This document shows positions 62,772 to 64,000 of a stretch of DNA of 64,000 bases, in pieces. The notes under the pieces were generated by a model. That model worked only from the letters and a program-made list of their open reading frames with translations. It did not search any database and had not been told where the DNA came from. Every line of letters begins with the position of its first letter. Position 1 is the first letter of the stretch. The position numbers were made by a program, and so were the translations under genes. The DNA comes from Neoconidiobolus thromboides FSU 785 (lineage: Eukaryota; Fungi; Entomophthoromycota), in the NCBI GenBank assembly GCA_025603075.1, contig MU626299.1, positions 1 through 64,000 of the forward strand, written 5' to 3'.

Positions 62772-64000
62772 ATGAAATTACTCTTATTATTATCAACTAA
62801 TATTTTACTCTACAAAGCTGCTTTTCATTGCCCTTCCGATCAACGTTTACAAAACTGTTTGGATTTTGATAGTGGAAAACAAGCTTCCATCTGTACCACA
62901 CAACTCATATGTCCATTATCTTTTCCCTTACAATGCCCACAAAATACCGTTCTAAGTTTAATTGTTAATAAACAATTACAAACAGCTAAATGTTTAGATA
63001 ACAATGATAAAAGTGATTCAATTCCAATAATATTAGGAGAACCTAGATGTGAATTAGGTTATTCACTAATATTGTCTTTAAATGAGTTGAATCAAAAGTT
63101 TTATCGATGTAGGAAGAATGCTAGTATTCATTCAGATGTTAGTTTATCTATATTTGATCCTAAAATAGAACAATGTCCAATAGGTTATAGATTAAATCAA
63201 TTTTCATTAAAGGAAAAACAAGTATATTTATGTGAATTAAATGCTATTTGCAATAATAAAGATAAAGAATGTTTTGGCGGAGAAGGTTATATTGAAGGTA
63301 GTTTAAGAAAAGATAATAAAAAAGAGGAATTCGATAATAGTAGCAATAACATCAAAGGAAAAGAGAGTAAAGATCCATCAAGTAATAACAATCATTCAGT
63401 TAATAAGACTAGTGGTAATAGTTTAACTAATTCTAGTGATATTACATTAACTGAAGTTGGGGCATTTAAAGTTGTAGATAATACTATTTTAGATAAAAAT
63501 GGGAAAGATGACGGTCCTGGTAATTCTTTAGATAAAGGAGAGAAAGATAGAGCAAGCAATGATACATCTAAAACAGATTCTAAAAAAGGAACAGTAACTA
63601 ATTCAACAGCTACAATAGCTATTAATAATACAACAGTAGTAACACCAACCAATCTTAATAATACGAAACTTGATAAAACTAAAGAGGATGAATCAAAATT
63701 ATCTTTAATTACTGGTACGTTTGGTAAAGGTAATGAAGTGAGCAATGAAATTAAAACAGGAAATAATACATCATCTATAATTACAAAAGATAAAACACTA
63801 AATTCAATAGATTCAGGAAAAGATATTAGATTGTTAAAAGAAGAAGATGTTAATAATTTAATAGAAATGGGAAATAGAGAACTAAAACTGATATTAGAAA
63901 AAGGATGTGATGTTGGGTATCGATTAAGAGTATTTAGTAATTTAAAAGGAATCAACTATTTTTATTGTCAATTAAATGAATATAATAATAAAGGAAATGG
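62772..64000 (+). CDS. Secreted protein with C-x-x-G...C hairpin repeats, open past the window end (>409 aa), not in ORF track
   Basis: MKLLLLLSTNILLYKAA signal-like start. Uninterrupted frame to base 64000. Repeats CELGYSLILSLNELNQKFYRC, CPIGYRLNQFSLKEKQVYLC and CDVGYRLRVFSNLKGINYFYC. N/S/T/K-rich spacer. Confidence 0.88.
   Translation, partial: MKLLLLLSTNILLYKAAFHCPSDQRLQNCLDFDSGKQASICTTQLICPLSFPLQCPQNTVLSLIVNKQLQTAKCLDNNDKSDSIPIILGEPRCELGYSLILSLNELNQKFYRCRKNASIHSDVSLSIFDPKIEQCPIGYRLNQFSLKEKQVYLCELNAICNNKDKECFGGEGYIEGSLRKDNKKEEFDNSSNNIKGKESKDPSSNNNHSVNKTSGNSLTNSSDITLTEVGAFKVVDNTILDKNGKDDGPGNSLDKGEKDRASNDTSKTDSKKGTVTNSTATIAINNTTVVTPTNLNNTKLDKTKEDESKLSLITGTFGKGNEVSNEIKTGNNTSSIITKDKTLNSIDSGKDIRLLKEEDVNNLIEMGNRELKLILEKGCDVGYRLRVFSNLKGINYFYCQLNEYNNKGN

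Noticed and set aside
2871-63955. ORFs at 2871, 19374, 32161, 32500, 32726, 56063, 58134, 61280, 61311 and 63392
   Set aside because: Antisense or alternate-frame shadows of better-supported genes.

Overview
Very AT-rich eukaryotic DNA with short (45-60 nt) GT-AG introns and fungal-type genes. An early-diverging fungus such as Entomophthoromycotina (Conidiobolus-like) is my inference, not proven. Bases 1-54 kb are gene-sparse and TE-rich. They carry six small intronless Q50 homeobox genes in about 45 kb, and relatedness of the homeodomains follows their order on the chromosome (HD1-3 vs HD4-6). Between them lie an RTC5/TLDc gene, a Zn2Cys6 TF, an orphan gene, a degenerate cyclin and a Crh-type GH16. 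The intergenic DNA holds about 24 copies of a ~98-bp MITE (GGG...CCC ends, 4-bp A-N-N-T TSD), five ~465-bp solo LTRs (an inverted pair shows apparent gene conversion), a long-TIR element and decayed transposase/RT remnants. Bases 55-64 kb are gene-dense: Ras, mL50, SNF5 and two secreted proteins sharing a Cys-hairpin repeat. One of these two is missing from the ORF track because it runs off the window.
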